Part shown: positions 48,883 to 58,323 of the stretch, one piece after another
How positions within the stretch are numbered: the stretch's first letter is position 1
Layout of the letters: each line of letters starts with the position of its first letter
NCBI GenBank assembly: GCA_041752695.1
Contig: JBGSVZ010000066.1
Span: forward strand, 32,001 to 96,000
Source: Terrimicrobiaceae bacterium
GTDB lineage: Bacteria; Verrucomicrobiota; Verrucomicrobiia; Chthoniobacterales; Terrimicrobiaceae
Reading direction: 5' to 3'
Length of the DNA: 64,000 bases
Notes under the pieces: generated by a model
What the model was told of the DNA's origin: nothing
The model's input: the letters and a program-made list of their open reading frames with translations, nothing else
The model's database searches: none
Translations under genes and position numbers: made by a program

Positions 48883-51135
48883 TCATTCCCCTTGCGGGGC
48901 GATATCCTTTTCGGTGAGCGCGATCAGCGTGGCCCCTTTGCGTTTGCCCTCAATCATCGATGGGGTGGCATTATCCTTCGATTGCTTCCACGTCCACGTG
49001 TCCTCGAAACCGTCTCCCTTAACGACCACGGTGGCGGTGTCGCCGCTGTCCTTGAGAGTCATGGTGGTGTTTTTTTTCCAAGGATCGAGAAGGCAGGCGT
49101 ATTTCACCGCATCCGTCTTCACCGGGAACTGGAATTGTTGGATCAGCTCGTTCCCCCAGCGTCCCGCGAGGAAGCAGTGGTCAATCGCCCCTTGAATCGG
49201 CTTGTTGGAGAGCATCTGCATATCGACCTCCTTGCCGCCTTGAGTGGTGATTCGGCATTTTCCTTCGGTGGGATTGATAAAAGCAGCCTTCGGCACGGTG
49301 CCACGCCACATGATCTCGCGGGGGCCATCGGCCACGATATCGTCAAGGACGAGAACATATTCGCCGGGCATCCAGAGCGTGGTGCGGCGGAACTTTTTCA
49401 GCACTGAGTCGGTGAAAATGTTTGGCTTCGGGGGTTCGGGGGCAGCGGCGGGGTCTTTGGCCGCTGGGCCTTCGGTTCCCGGTGGGCGACCGTAGTAGCT
49501 GTAGGCCTTCCCGGCTTCGCCCTCAATGATGAGCCTTCCCTTGTCGCCGGTTTTCCAGCCGGTCAGGTAGGAAAGCTCACGCATGTCCCTCTCCGGAAGC
49601 GGCTGGGTGTAGGGATCGCCTTCCATGACTTGCCCCCTTCCATCCACCGTGATGGTGCTGAGGGTGTCGGTCATTTTTCGAGTCGAATAGAGGCCCGGGT
49701 GAAAAAGGAAATCGCCCGCGATGCTCATGGCGATTGAGTTCGCATCGGGGTCGTCGTGGGCCAGGTTCACGTAGTGCGGCTTGCCATCCGCCCCGAGAAC
49801 TTCGTGGCGGTATTCGTTCAGCCGGTATCCGCCGTAGGGTCCGGATTTGAAGGTCAGGACCACGGCGTCATCATCCCAATTGTCGCGCATGGAGGCGGCT
49901 CCGAGATCGGCGAAAAGATGGGAGGGATCGAGCGCCTTGTAATCTCCTGTTCCGACGGTCGGGTCGTAGAAGGCTAGCAGGGTCCAGGGATAGAGAGTCT
50001 TGCCATCCTTGGCCTTCGATCCCTGCCAGAACATGTTGAGCAGGGCGGCCTGGGCGGTTTTGTCGCGGGTCAGCGAAGGGCCGATCAGGAACGGGGGGCT
50101 GTCATACATGTAGGGATAGGGGGGGTTCTGGGCATCCCCAAACGAAATGGTCCGACCGCTGCCGGGCAGCCAGTAGTACACCTGCTGCTTCCAGGCGTTT
50201 TTGAAACCGGGGTGCTCCAAGTATTTGGTGCCGAGGTTGCGGTCCATCATCTGCGCAGTCTCGAGGAGGGAGCGGAAACCAAAGGCCTGGTAGCCGGAGC
50301 CCTCGTGACAATCCCCGTCGGCGGGGTACCACTTGGTGAGGAAATCCGTCTCTTTTTTCAATTCTTCCATGAGGTAGCCGGTCTCCAGGCCTTTCTCATC
50401 TGCGATCGCGAGCAGGCTGGCCGCCAGGCCCCGGGCTCGGTACCAGCGGTGGTTGGGCTGCGGATCCTGTTGCCAGTATTTGATGGGCATCAGCCCGAGT
50501 TGTTTGTGGCCAAGATAGAAAAGGCGACGCGCGTGGGTGAGGAGCTTTTGGGCGACGCGTTCGCGGAATTCCGGTTCGAGGTCGTGGTAAACCGCGTCGT
50601 AGAGCACCGCCACCATCATCATGTTGCAGGCGACTCCCATGTTGGCATCAAGCTCAGCGGTGGCTGCCCAGTGCTCTTCGTTGAGCATCATGGTCAGAAT
50701 GTCGATGATCGACTGCTTGACGGCCGGATCGCGATCGAGGGCATAGGCGTAAGCCAGCGAGGGATAAACGCCGTTAGCGGTCGCGAGGGCAGGGGTATCG
50801 TTGGTGACGAGTTGCTTTGCGATCTCGGGGTTGAGTTTGAATTTTTTGGACCGTGTCGAAAGTTCCTCGTAGGCGCTCTGGAGGATCGGATCGGTTGGGA
50901 TCCTTGCCTTGAGAGTTTCGATTTCCTTGGCGGTGAAAAGCACCCTCGGATGTTGGCCGGCAACCGAATCAAGCAGCTTGGGCGGGTTGGCAACGACAGG
51001 ATCCGTCGGCGGAACCTTTGCCAGGTTCTCTTTGATCTGTTCGGGTGTGATCCCGACGGGAGTGGCCGCGATGGTCGAAGGAACCGTGAGCGTGAGCAGG
51101 CAGGTGAGAGAGAGAAGGGGATGGAGGATTTTCAT
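48883..51135 (-). CDS. Secreted heparinase II/III-like (DUF4962-type) putative polysaccharide lyase, paralog of 24968..27709
   Basis: HPRVLF, PNHRW, DGDCHEG, MRDNW, FKSGPYGG, YVNLAHDDPDAN. Confidence 0.75.
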   Translation of the reverse strand: MKILHPLLSLTCLLTLTVPSTIAATPVGITPEQIKENLAKVPPTDPVVANPPKLLDSVAGQHPRVLFTAKEIETLKARIPTDPILQSAYEELSTRSKKFKLNPEIAKQLVTNDTPALATANGVYPSLAYAYALDRDPAVKQSIIDILTMMLNEEHWAATAELDANMGVACNMMMVAVLYDAVYHDLEPEFRERVAQKLLTHARRLFYLGHKQLGLMPIKYWQQDPQPNHRWYRARGLAASLLAIADEKGLETGYLMEELKKETDFLTKWYPADGDCHEGSGYQAFGFRSLLETAQMMDRNLGTKYLEHPGFKNAWKQQVYYWLPGSGRTISFGDAQNPPYPYMYDSPPFLIGPSLTRDKTAQAALLNMFWQGSKAKDGKTLYPWTLLAFYDPTVGTGDYKALDPSHLFADLGAASMRDNWDDDAVVLTFKSGPYGGYRLNEYRHEVLGADGKPHYVNLAHDDPDANSIAMSIAGDFLFHPGLYSTRKMTDTLSTITVDGRGQVMEGDPYTQPLPERDMRELSYLTGWKTGDKGRLIIEGEAGKAYSYYGRPPGTEGPAAKDPAAAPEPPKPNIFTDSVLKKFRRTTLWMPGEYVLVLDDIVADGPREIMWRGTVPKAAFINPTEGKCRITTQGGKEVDMQMLSNKPIQGAIDHCFLAGRWGNELIQQFQFPVKTDAVKYACLLDPWKKNTTMTLKDSGDTATVVVKGDGFEDTWTWKQSKDNATPSMIEGKRKGATLIALTEKDIAPQGE

Positions 51136-51149
51136 GGGGGCGACCGGGT

Positions 51150-51782
51150 TTAGTCGTTGGCGAAGGCGATCTTGTCGATGACGACCCGGAAGTCCCGGGT
51201 GATGTTGTCATGGGTTTTCGACCAGTTGAAGCCGACGGCGCTGACGTCGCCCTGACCAGGACCCCAGAAGCAGAGTTGGGCCATCGGGAATTTGAGCACG
51301 GTGGTGGTATCCGGAGTGCGTTTGTCCGGAGTGGGGTCCGCCAGACTGGCCGAACCCAGGACCTCACCGGCTTCGTTGAACAGGCAAACGGGAAACCAGA
51401 GATTCGCCGCTCGCTGGTCGCTGGTCTTGCCACCATTAGTAACCTTGCTCGTGCCTTCCATCCGGCAGGTGACGATCAGATAATCGTATTCCTTCAGCTT
51501 GAAAGAGTCCGGCAAACCGTTTCCCTTCCATTTGATCAGTGGTTTGATCGCAGCGTTGCCAACGATCCGGCATTCGATCGCTCCGTCTTCCGTGAAAGCC
51601 AGTTTGCTGTTGGCGTCGTCAACAAAGGAGAGGTGATCGGCGGGTTTTCCTTTTTCAAAAATCACCAGTTTTTCGACCGGTTCCTTGTTGATGTCCTTAA
51701 TGACTTCGAAGGCCTGCGATGGTCGCGGAAGACAGGCGAGGGAAAGCAAAATCAGGATGTTGAGTGGGTGAAATAGGCGCAT
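51150..51782 (-). CDS. Secreted hypothetical protein (beta-sandwich / CBM-like)
   Basis: Signal peptide ending SQA; C-terminal VVIDKIAF; coupled to the lyase gene. Confidence 0.6.
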   Translation of the reverse strand: MRLFHPLNILILLSLACLPRPSQAFEVIKDINKEPVEKLVIFEKGKPADHLSFVDDANSKLAFTEDGAIECRIVGNAAIKPLIKWKGNGLPDSFKLKEYDYLIVTCRMEGTSKVTNGGKTSDQRAANLWFPVCLFNEAGEVLGSASLADPTPDKRTPDTTTVLKFPMAQLCFWGPGQGDVSAVGFNWSKTHDNITRDFRVVIDKIAFAND

Positions 51783-51827
51783 GGCGGAGGAGGAAGGAGT
51801 GGGGCACGGGTTGACGTAGAAACAACA

Positions 51828-51841
51828 ATCAATCCTGTGAT
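51828..51841. promoter_or_regulatory. Regulon operator site 8 (ATCAATCCTGTGAT)
   Basis: Downstream of a minus-strand TTGACA (51871-51876), 45 nt before ATG 51782, in the gap next to lacI. Confidence 0.75.
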
Positions 51842-52134
51842 ATTTTTAGATTTGCTACATGATTACGAATTGTCAAGTGGGAGACCGGATATTTCTCAAA
51901 TCGAATCCAATCGTGGAGGGGCGGGGATGGGGTTCGGGCATAAGCATCCTCACGGACGGTCGGAGAGCAGCCGTCTAGGCTTGCGGTGGGCTCCCGCCAC
52001 GGTGTTTCAAAGCTTTCGAGAGCCTGGCTGAAGGCTCCATGGAGACGTGGAATTCGCTTGTCGGTCCTTCCCGAGCGGTTTTTACTGACATGTAGTTGCC
52101 CCAACCGGCATAGACGGTGTTTCCAAAATCAAAC

Positions 52135-53175
52135 ATGCCATCCCTCAAGCGAATCGCCACCGATCTTGGAGTATCCCACACTTTGGTCTCCAAGGTTCTC
52201 ACCGGGAGGCTGGGCACGACCGGCGTAAGCGCAAAGACTCGCGAGGCCATTCTTCAGAAGGCCAAGGAACTCAATTACACTCCGAACCGGCTTGCGGTGG
52301 CCTTGAGAGCTGGCCGCAAAGGAGCTGTGGGAATTTTTCTGCACCATATTGGAAGCCCGGGGAGTGATGTCAGCGACCGGCTCCTCCGCGGGATTGCCGA
52401 AGGGTTGGAGAAAAGTGACTTGCGGATGTGGCTGCGGTTTTTCACGACAGATGAGGATTTCCTGGCGGCTTGCGGAGAGCGTCTGAAAAGCGAAGTGGAC
52501 GGATTGATGGTGGCGGGCCTTCACCATCCCAATCTGATGCCGACGTTCGCCGAACTCGAGCGCCAGCATGTGCCGGTCGTCTCTCTGTTCAATGAGCTTT
52601 CCGAGGCCGACCATGAAGAACTGACGAATGTTGCCGTGGACTACGAGATGCAGGGATATCTGGCAACGCGTCATCTCCTGGCGCAGGGGTGTCGCCGACT
52701 GGCTTGCTTCAGAACGGTTGATAACCGCACGGCCGGTTTTTTCCGGGCGCACCAAGAGGCCGGTCTCGAATTTGACGCCCGGATGGTCATCCCCACAGCA
52801 AGTTTTCTTCGTGAGAATGGCCAGACGAGCACCGCCCTGCTCCTCGGCCTCAACCTGCCCTTTGATGGCATCGTCTGCCAGTCCGATGCTCAGGCCAGCG
52901 CTGCCATCAACGCCCTTGCCAGCAAAGGCATCAAGGTGCCCGATTCGGTCAAGGTTACGGGCATCGACAACTCGCCGATGGCGGAAGATTGTTTTGTGCC
53001 CCTTACTTCCGTGACCTCGGAAATGAAGCACGCGGGATTGAAGGCGGTGGAATTGCTCCTGCAAAAGATCAATGGTCGCCCCGTAAAGTCCGCAATTATC
53101 CAACCGAGCTTGGTCGTGCGCCTTTCGTCGGGAGTCCCCGCGCCAACATCTCCCGATTTGAGTATTCTGAAGTAA
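52135..53175 (+). CDS. LacI family transcriptional regulator
   Basis: SLKRIATDLGVSHTLVSKVL HTH, LNYTPNRLAVALR hinge, GIKVPDSVKVTGIDN, PLTSV. Confidence 0.95.
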   Translation: MPSLKRIATDLGVSHTLVSKVLTGRLGTTGVSAKTREAILQKAKELNYTPNRLAVALRAGRKGAVGIFLHHIGSPGSDVSDRLLRGIAEGLEKSDLRMWLRFFTTDEDFLAACGERLKSEVDGLMVAGLHHPNLMPTFAELERQHVPVVSLFNELSEADHEELTNVAVDYEMQGYLATRHLLAQGCRRLACFRTVDNRTAGFFRAHQEAGLEFDARMVIPTASFLRENGQTSTALLLGLNLPFDGIVCQSDAQASAAINALASKGIKVPDSVKVTGIDNSPMAEDCFVPLTSVTSEMKHAGLKAVELLLQKINGRPVKSAIIQPSLVVRLSSGVPAPTSPDLSILK

Positions 53176-53240
53176 GCCAGGGTGCATTCCCGCGGGGTTT
53201 TCGGAGTGGTCAGTCGAAGGAGGTTTGCGGGGCAGTTGGG

Positions 53241-54494
53241 TCAGCCGCGCAGTGAAAGCGTGGACGCTTCGTAGCGTTGGACGCTTTCCATCCAGTGTCC
53301 ATCGCATGGGCGGTTGTGGCGGTTGCAGTGCTCGTCCCAGACAGCGCCCCAGGGGAGGGTGCGCCAGTCTTCAAAAAGGGCCAGGCGCTGTGCAGCGTCT
53401 CCGGAATTCTCTGCGGCGGTGAGGCGGCTTTGCGGGGCGAGGAGGCCAAGGAGAACCGCCTTTTGGGTATTGCGAGTGCCGATCGTCCAAGCGGCGATGC
53501 GGTTGATCGAAGCGTCGAAAAAGTCGAGGCCGACATGGGTGCGGGGCAAGAACCCACCCACGACCACCTCATGCAGCATTTCGCGGGTGGGGTCGTCGAG
53601 CATCACGACATGGTCGCTGTCCCAACGCACGCCCCGGGAGACGTGAAGCAGCAGACGTGGGACGTGAAGCATCACTGCGGAGATCTTGTCGGCCACCGAT
53701 TCGGTGGGGTGGAAATGCCCCGCGTCGAGACAAAGGGCGACCTGATGACGGGCAGCGTAGCCGAGAAAAAATTCATGCGACCCCACGGTGTAGCTTTCCA
53801 CGCCGATGCCGAAGAGTTTGCTTTCGACGGCGTCAATATTAAAGGCCGCCCTGGATCCGAGGTCGGAGGCGAAGATGGCATCGAGAGACTGCGAAAGACG
53901 TTCGCGAGGCCCGAGACGGTCGGCGGGCCGGTCCTTCATCCCGTCCGGAATCCAGATGTTGGTGACGACGGGATTGTTCAGAGCCTCGCCAAACGCGGCG
54001 GCGATTTGTCGGCTGGCGATGCAGTGGGCGATCCAGAATTCGCGCACGGACGGGTCGCGGTGGGAGAGCGTGAATCCCTCGGCGGCGTGCGGGTGGCCGA
54101 AGCAGGTCGGGTTAAAATCGATGCCCCACCTGCGGTCCTTGGCCCAGTCGAGCCAGGAAACGAAATGTTCGATGGTGAGCGCATCACGATCCACTTGGGC
54201 GGCATTGTCGGTCGCGTAGCTCGCATGGAGGTTGATCCGGAGCGGGCCAGGCAGCAGTGAGGCGACCTGCTCAAGGTCGCTGGTGAGCTCGGAAAAATTC
54301 CGGGCTTTGCCGGGATAGTTGCCGGTGGCGACACAGCCGGAGCCGGCATTGCCGGAGGCATTTTCGAAGCCGGCCACATCATCGCCCTGCCAGCAATGGA
54401 GAGAGATCGGGGTGCTGGCCAGTGTGGTGAGGGCGGCATCGGTGTCCACGCCCCATTCGGCGAAGCGTTCCTGAGCGGATTGGTAGGGAGTCAT
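53241..54494 (-). CDS. rhaA: L-rhamnose isomerase
   Basis: ISLHCWQGDDV.GFE, TGNYPGKAR, AVESKLFGIGVESYTVGSHEF, LDAGHFHPTE, HVSRGVRWDSDH, LDFFDASINR. Confidence 0.93.
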   Translation of the reverse strand: MTPYQSAQERFAEWGVDTDAALTTLASTPISLHCWQGDDVAGFENASGNAGSGCVATGNYPGKARNFSELTSDLEQVASLLPGPLRINLHASYATDNAAQVDRDALTIEHFVSWLDWAKDRRWGIDFNPTCFGHPHAAEGFTLSHRDPSVREFWIAHCIASRQIAAAFGEALNNPVVTNIWIPDGMKDRPADRLGPRERLSQSLDAIFASDLGSRAAFNIDAVESKLFGIGVESYTVGSHEFFLGYAARHQVALCLDAGHFHPTESVADKISAVMLHVPRLLLHVSRGVRWDSDHVVMLDDPTREMLHEVVVGGFLPRTHVGLDFFDASINRIAAWTIGTRNTQKAVLLGLLAPQSRLTAAENSGDAAQRLALFEDWRTLPWGAVWDEHCNRHNRPCDGHWMESVQRYEASTLSLRG

Positions 54495-55420
54495 GACGGA
54501 GCAGTTGAGTTGGCGAAGGTTTCCTTGATCGCGCGCAGGCTGGCGCGGAGTTCTTTGGCGAGGTGCGGGTCCGAGTAGTCCCGGCCGATTTTTGGCCCCA
54601 TGATCTCCAGATAGCCGACCACATCATCGACCGGCCAGTCGTTGGCGTGCCGGTCGCAGAGGGTCTTGAATGCAGCAAGATCAACCGTGCCGCGCTTTTG
54701 CTCTTCGGCGTTGAACCCGAAGGTCGAACTGAAAATGGCGTCGGTATTTTTGAAATGGAACTCGCACATCATCGGGAGGCCGGCCACGAAGAGGTCGATG
54801 TTTGAAAATAGGACGTTTTTCTCCGCGTCGCAGAGGCCGTGGCTGATGTCCCCACAGAGCCAGGTCGGAACGGTCTCACCCGGGTGCGCCACGTGATCGG
54901 CCTGCATCTCGCCGATGTAGTTTCGCATCTCCTCCGGCGTGGTGGGCGGCTCGGCGAGGCAGGACATTGGTTCCATGGTCAGCGCCTTGAGTCCAAGCGA
55001 CCGGGCCTGGCGGGAAAGCTCTTTGAGATGGCGCAGATAACAGGCCGTGCCGGCGTCTTTTTGGGCGGCCTGGTCGCGATACACGGCGCCGGGATTTGAC
55101 CCCACGTAGTCTGCTCCGACGAGCGCGCCAACCTCGATCAACCGCTCGAAGCCCCGCCGCGCGGCACGTTCCATGCGGGAATCCCCGACGAAAAATCCCC
55201 CGAGTTCCCGGTGGGCGGTGAACACACTCTTGATCTTTAGGCCCCTCGATTCCGCCTTGGCGCGAAGGTCGGTGAAATACGAGTCGTCCAAAACATAGAG
55301 CTCGTAAAACGAACCGAGCTGAACGTTTCGGATGCCCTCTTCCCCAAGGAGGTCGAACAGCCAGTCGAAGCTGTAGCGGGTTTCGATACAGTCGGTTTTC
55401 AGGCCCAGTCCAATTTTCAT
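54491..55420 (-). CDS. Sugar phosphate isomerase/epimerase (xylose isomerase-like TIM barrel)
   Basis: LTMEPMS, GDISH, FHFKNTD and YLE metal-ligand pattern. Confidence 0.75.
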   Translation of the reverse strand: MKIGLGLKTDCIETRYSFDWLFDLLGEEGIRNVQLGSFYELYVLDDSYFTDLRAKAESRGLKIKSVFTAHRELGGFFVGDSRMERAARRGFERLIEVGALVGADYVGSNPGAVYRDQAAQKDAGTACYLRHLKELSRQARSLGLKALTMEPMSCLAEPPTTPEEMRNYIGEMQADHVAHPGETVPTWLCGDISHGLCDAEKNVLFSNIDLFVAGLPMMCEFHFKNTDAIFSSTFGFNAEEQKRGTVDLAAFKTLCDRHANDWPVDDVVGYLEIMGPKIGRDYSDPHLAKELRASLRAIKETFANSTAPS

Positions 55421-56469
55421 AAAAGCTCCGGGCTGACGCGGATGATCACCTTGTTGTGGTAGGCTTTGCGGTGACGGATGCTGTCGAAAATGTCGGTGCC
55501 CTGATCGAGCGTGGGCGTGTCCGTAATCAATGGTGCGATGAGCAGTTGCCTGTCCATGTATTTGAGCACGGTGGACCAGTCGTCAGTCCCGCGCGGCACG
55601 ACCTTGCTGTTCCATGTGCCGTGGAGCGTTAGCTCGCGGCGTAGGATGCTGGAGAACGCCTTTTCGCCGAGTTGAAATTCGCCGTGAAGATTGCCCATGA
55701 AAACCACCTCCCCGAACGTCGCCGCGCAGGCGATGGCCTGGGCAAAGGTCGTGGGCAGGCCGCACGCTTCGATAACCCTCTTGGCACCGATTCCCGACGT
55801 CCTTTCAAACACCTGCTGCACCGGGTCACCGGCTTTGGAATCGATGGTCTCGAAGCCCATCCCTGCCGCCAGTTCGAGTTTGCGCGGATCCACATCGGCG
55901 ATCATGACGCGCGCACATCCGTGAATGCGCAGCCACTGGGCGGCCATGTTTCCGATCGGGCCCGCACCGATCACCAACCCAGTGTCGCCCGCGGCGATGT
56001 GCATCTTGCGCACGCCATGAAGAGCCACCGCGGCAGGTTCGGTACACGCGGCATGCAGAAGATTCACTTCTGGCGGCAGCATAAAAAGATTGGCAACGGG
56101 GACCCGCAGAAATTCCTGCATGCCTCCATCGCGGCGGGAGCCGAAATAATCGTAGTTGGTCGTCTGCGCAAAGTCCCCGGTGTCAAAGCCGGGCTGACCG
56201 GGTTTTGGAATCAGGGGAAAGACCGCCACTCGGTCCCCTCGCTTCACGCCGCCGCCATCCTCCTCCACCACGGCGCTGAACTCATGCCCGAGAACAAGCG
56301 GATACCGATACGCGCCACCGGGATCGAACCCGCGCGGAATGTCGCTGCCGCAGATCCCGCAGGCCGCCACACGAACCAGAACGGAGTCGGGGGAGGGGGC
56401 TTCGGATGGAATCGGACAATCCGAATGGAAGACGAAGTGGCCGGGGGATTCGAGGACGAGGGAGTTCAT
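55417..56469 (-). CDS. Zinc-dependent polyol(-phosphate) dehydrogenase (GatD-like MDR)
   Basis: CGICGSD, LGHEF, GSRRDGG, EPAAVA, GAGPIG, RRELTLHGTWNS. Confidence 0.85.
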   Translation of the reverse strand: MNSLVLESPGHFVFHSDCPIPSEAPSPDSVLVRVAACGICGSDIPRGFDPGGAYRYPLVLGHEFSAVVEEDGGGVKRGDRVAVFPLIPKPGQPGFDTGDFAQTTNYDYFGSRRDGGMQEFLRVPVANLFMLPPEVNLLHAACTEPAAVALHGVRKMHIAAGDTGLVIGAGPIGNMAAQWLRIHGCARVMIADVDPRKLELAAGMGFETIDSKAGDPVQQVFERTSGIGAKRVIEACGLPTTFAQAIACAATFGEVVFMGNLHGEFQLGEKAFSSILRRELTLHGTWNSKVVPRGTDDWSTVLKYMDRQLLIAPLITDTPTLDQGTDIFDSIRHRKAYHNKVIIRVSPELL

Positions 56470-57575
56470 GGCTTGTCAAAATCGATGATCACTTTCAGGC
56501 TGTCGCGATCGGCGGCGCGTTGGATTGCCTGGAGGATCTGTCCTCGTCCAAACCGTTCGCTGGCGTTGGTCATCAACCCGAGCTTCGGCAGTTTGCCGCC
56601 GGTGAGGAGTTCGTGGGCCAGACGGATCCCCTGCATCGAGGAACCGTGGGTGGCCTGGTAACATTGCAGTTTGTAATGAACGTCGTTGTTGAGGTCGACC
56701 TCGTGAGCGATGCGTGGTTTTCCTCCGGCTCCTTTGACGCCGGCATGGGCATCCAGCACGGTGCCATAGCCCATAAGTCGGACGGAGAGTTCATAACCCT
56801 CGCGCGCCGGGACGTTCATCATCACAAAATGCGGCTCGTTGAACGGTTTGCAGGCGGCAAAGACCTTCTCGACGACGTGGTCATCCCAGCGGATTCCAAC
56901 AACACGTTCATCGCCAAAATCGTCTATCACGCGTTCGAGGCGCTCCGCTCCGCGATTGACCAGAATGATTTTGCGGGCTCCCATGGCCTGGGCGCACTGC
57001 AGGGCATAAGTGCTCTGCGAACCTGCGCCGATGAGCACCACCACGCGGTGGGTGATACAGTTGTTCACTCGCGTCATCCCCTCGAGGCAACAGGCCAGCG
57101 GCTCGAGCTGGCAGGCGTGATCGGGATCAAAGCCCTCGGGAAATTTCATGATCGGGCCCAAATCCACAAACCAGTCGGGCAGGACGGCGTGGGTTCGGGC
57201 GAACCCGGGAAATTCGTGTCCGGTCGCCTGCGTGTCCGGGCAACACGTCCAATCCCCGGTTCCTTCATCCCCGCAATACAGGCAGCCACGGTTGCCGCAC
57301 GGGATATCACAGCCGATCCCAATGAGATCCCCCGGTGCAAACTTTGTCACCCCCTTGCCGACGGCGAGCACCGTGGCACTGACTTCATGCAGAATTTCCG
57401 CGGGCCAGTTTTTGATGCGCGGCAGGCCTACCTGCTGGATCACCACATCACTCTGACAGACCGAAACGCGGCGGGTGCGGACAAGAATCTTACCAGGCTC
57501 TGGTGCTGGGAGTTCTTTCTCCACGGCAGAAAATGATCCGCCTGGCTTGTCTAGAGGGTAGGAGGTCGAGAGCAT
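56466..57575 (-). CDS. Zinc-dependent alcohol/polyol dehydrogenase (MDR)
   Basis: SVCQSD, LHE, structural Cys cluster CGNRGCLYC...C, EPLACC, IGAG. Confidence 0.8.
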   Translation of the reverse strand: MLSTSYPLDKPGGSFSAVEKELPAPEPGKILVRTRRVSVCQSDVVIQQVGLPRIKNWPAEILHEVSATVLAVGKGVTKFAPGDLIGIGCDIPCGNRGCLYCGDEGTGDWTCCPDTQATGHEFPGFARTHAVLPDWFVDLGPIMKFPEGFDPDHACQLEPLACCLEGMTRVNNCITHRVVVLIGAGSQSTYALQCAQAMGARKIILVNRGAERLERVIDDFGDERVVGIRWDDHVVEKVFAACKPFNEPHFVMMNVPAREGYELSVRLMGYGTVLDAHAGVKGAGGKPRIAHEVDLNNDVHYKLQCYQATHGSSMQGIRLAHELLTGGKLPKLGLMTNASERFGRGQILQAIQRAADRDSLKVIIDFDKP

Positions 57576-57582
57576 GCTTGGA

Positions 57583-57624
57583 ATATGATTGACTCGTAGT
57601 CCCAAAACAGTCATATATCAATCA
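57583..57624. promoter_or_regulatory. Inverted repeats in the 59-bp divergent gap, candidate DeoR operator
   Basis: TGATTGA (57586) / TCAATCA (57618) and ATATGATTG (57583) / CAGTCATAT (57608). Confidence 0.45.
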
Positions 57625-57634
57625 CTTTCCGCCC

Positions 57635-58303
57635 ATGAAGCAAAAAATCCAGATCTCCCCGTCGATGATGTGCGCGGATCCCTTTGCGCTGGCGGACGTG
57701 CTGGAGGTCTTTCAGGCAGGTGGCATCGAGTGGCTGCACATTGATGTGATGGACGGGCGTTACGTCCCGAATTTTACCCTGGGCCCCGATTATTGCCGGG
57801 CGCTGGCGGCGGCCAGTCCGATCCCGCTGGATATCCATCTCATGGTCGAGGAACCCGATCGTCATGTCGGGCTCTTTGCGGGATTTCCCGGCTCCCGCAT
57901 CTCCTTTCACCCGGAAACTGTCCGGCAGCCCGTGCGACTGGTCGAGCGTATCCGCGAGCTTGGTGCATCTCCCGGCATCGCGATTGATCCCGCCATGCCT
58001 GTCGAGGCCTGTATTCATCTCCTTCCGTTGGTGGATCAGGTGGTCGTGATGACCGTCAATCCCGGGTATGCGGGCCAGAGGCTCCTGCCGTTTTGCCTGC
58101 CGAAAATCACCGCCTGCCAGAGTGCGTTTGACGCCTGCGGGAGCGGGGCCTCCGTGCAGGTCGATGGCAACGTGAGCTGGGAAAACATCCCGGGCATGGT
58201 GGCGGCCGGAGCCGACATTTTAGTGGCTGGCACGTCGTCACTTTTTGTCGGCGGTCGAGTCAACGCCGACGATATCCGCAGGATGCGCTCGATTTGTGAC
58301 TGA
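57635..58303 (+). CDS. Ribulose-phosphate 3-epimerase family protein (AlsE-like)
   Basis: ISPSMMCAD, HIDVMDG.YVPN, DIHLM, MTVNPGYAGQ, VDGNV, VAGTS. Confidence 0.88.
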   Translation: MKQKIQISPSMMCADPFALADVLEVFQAGGIEWLHIDVMDGRYVPNFTLGPDYCRALAAASPIPLDIHLMVEEPDRHVGLFAGFPGSRISFHPETVRQPVRLVERIRELGASPGIAIDPAMPVEACIHLLPLVDQVVVMTVNPGYAGQRLLPFCLPKITACQSAFDACGSGASVQVDGNVSWENIPGMVAAGADILVAGTSSLFVGGRVNADDIRRMRSICD

Positions 58304-58323
58304 AATCTGGTTTCCTTGACGCC

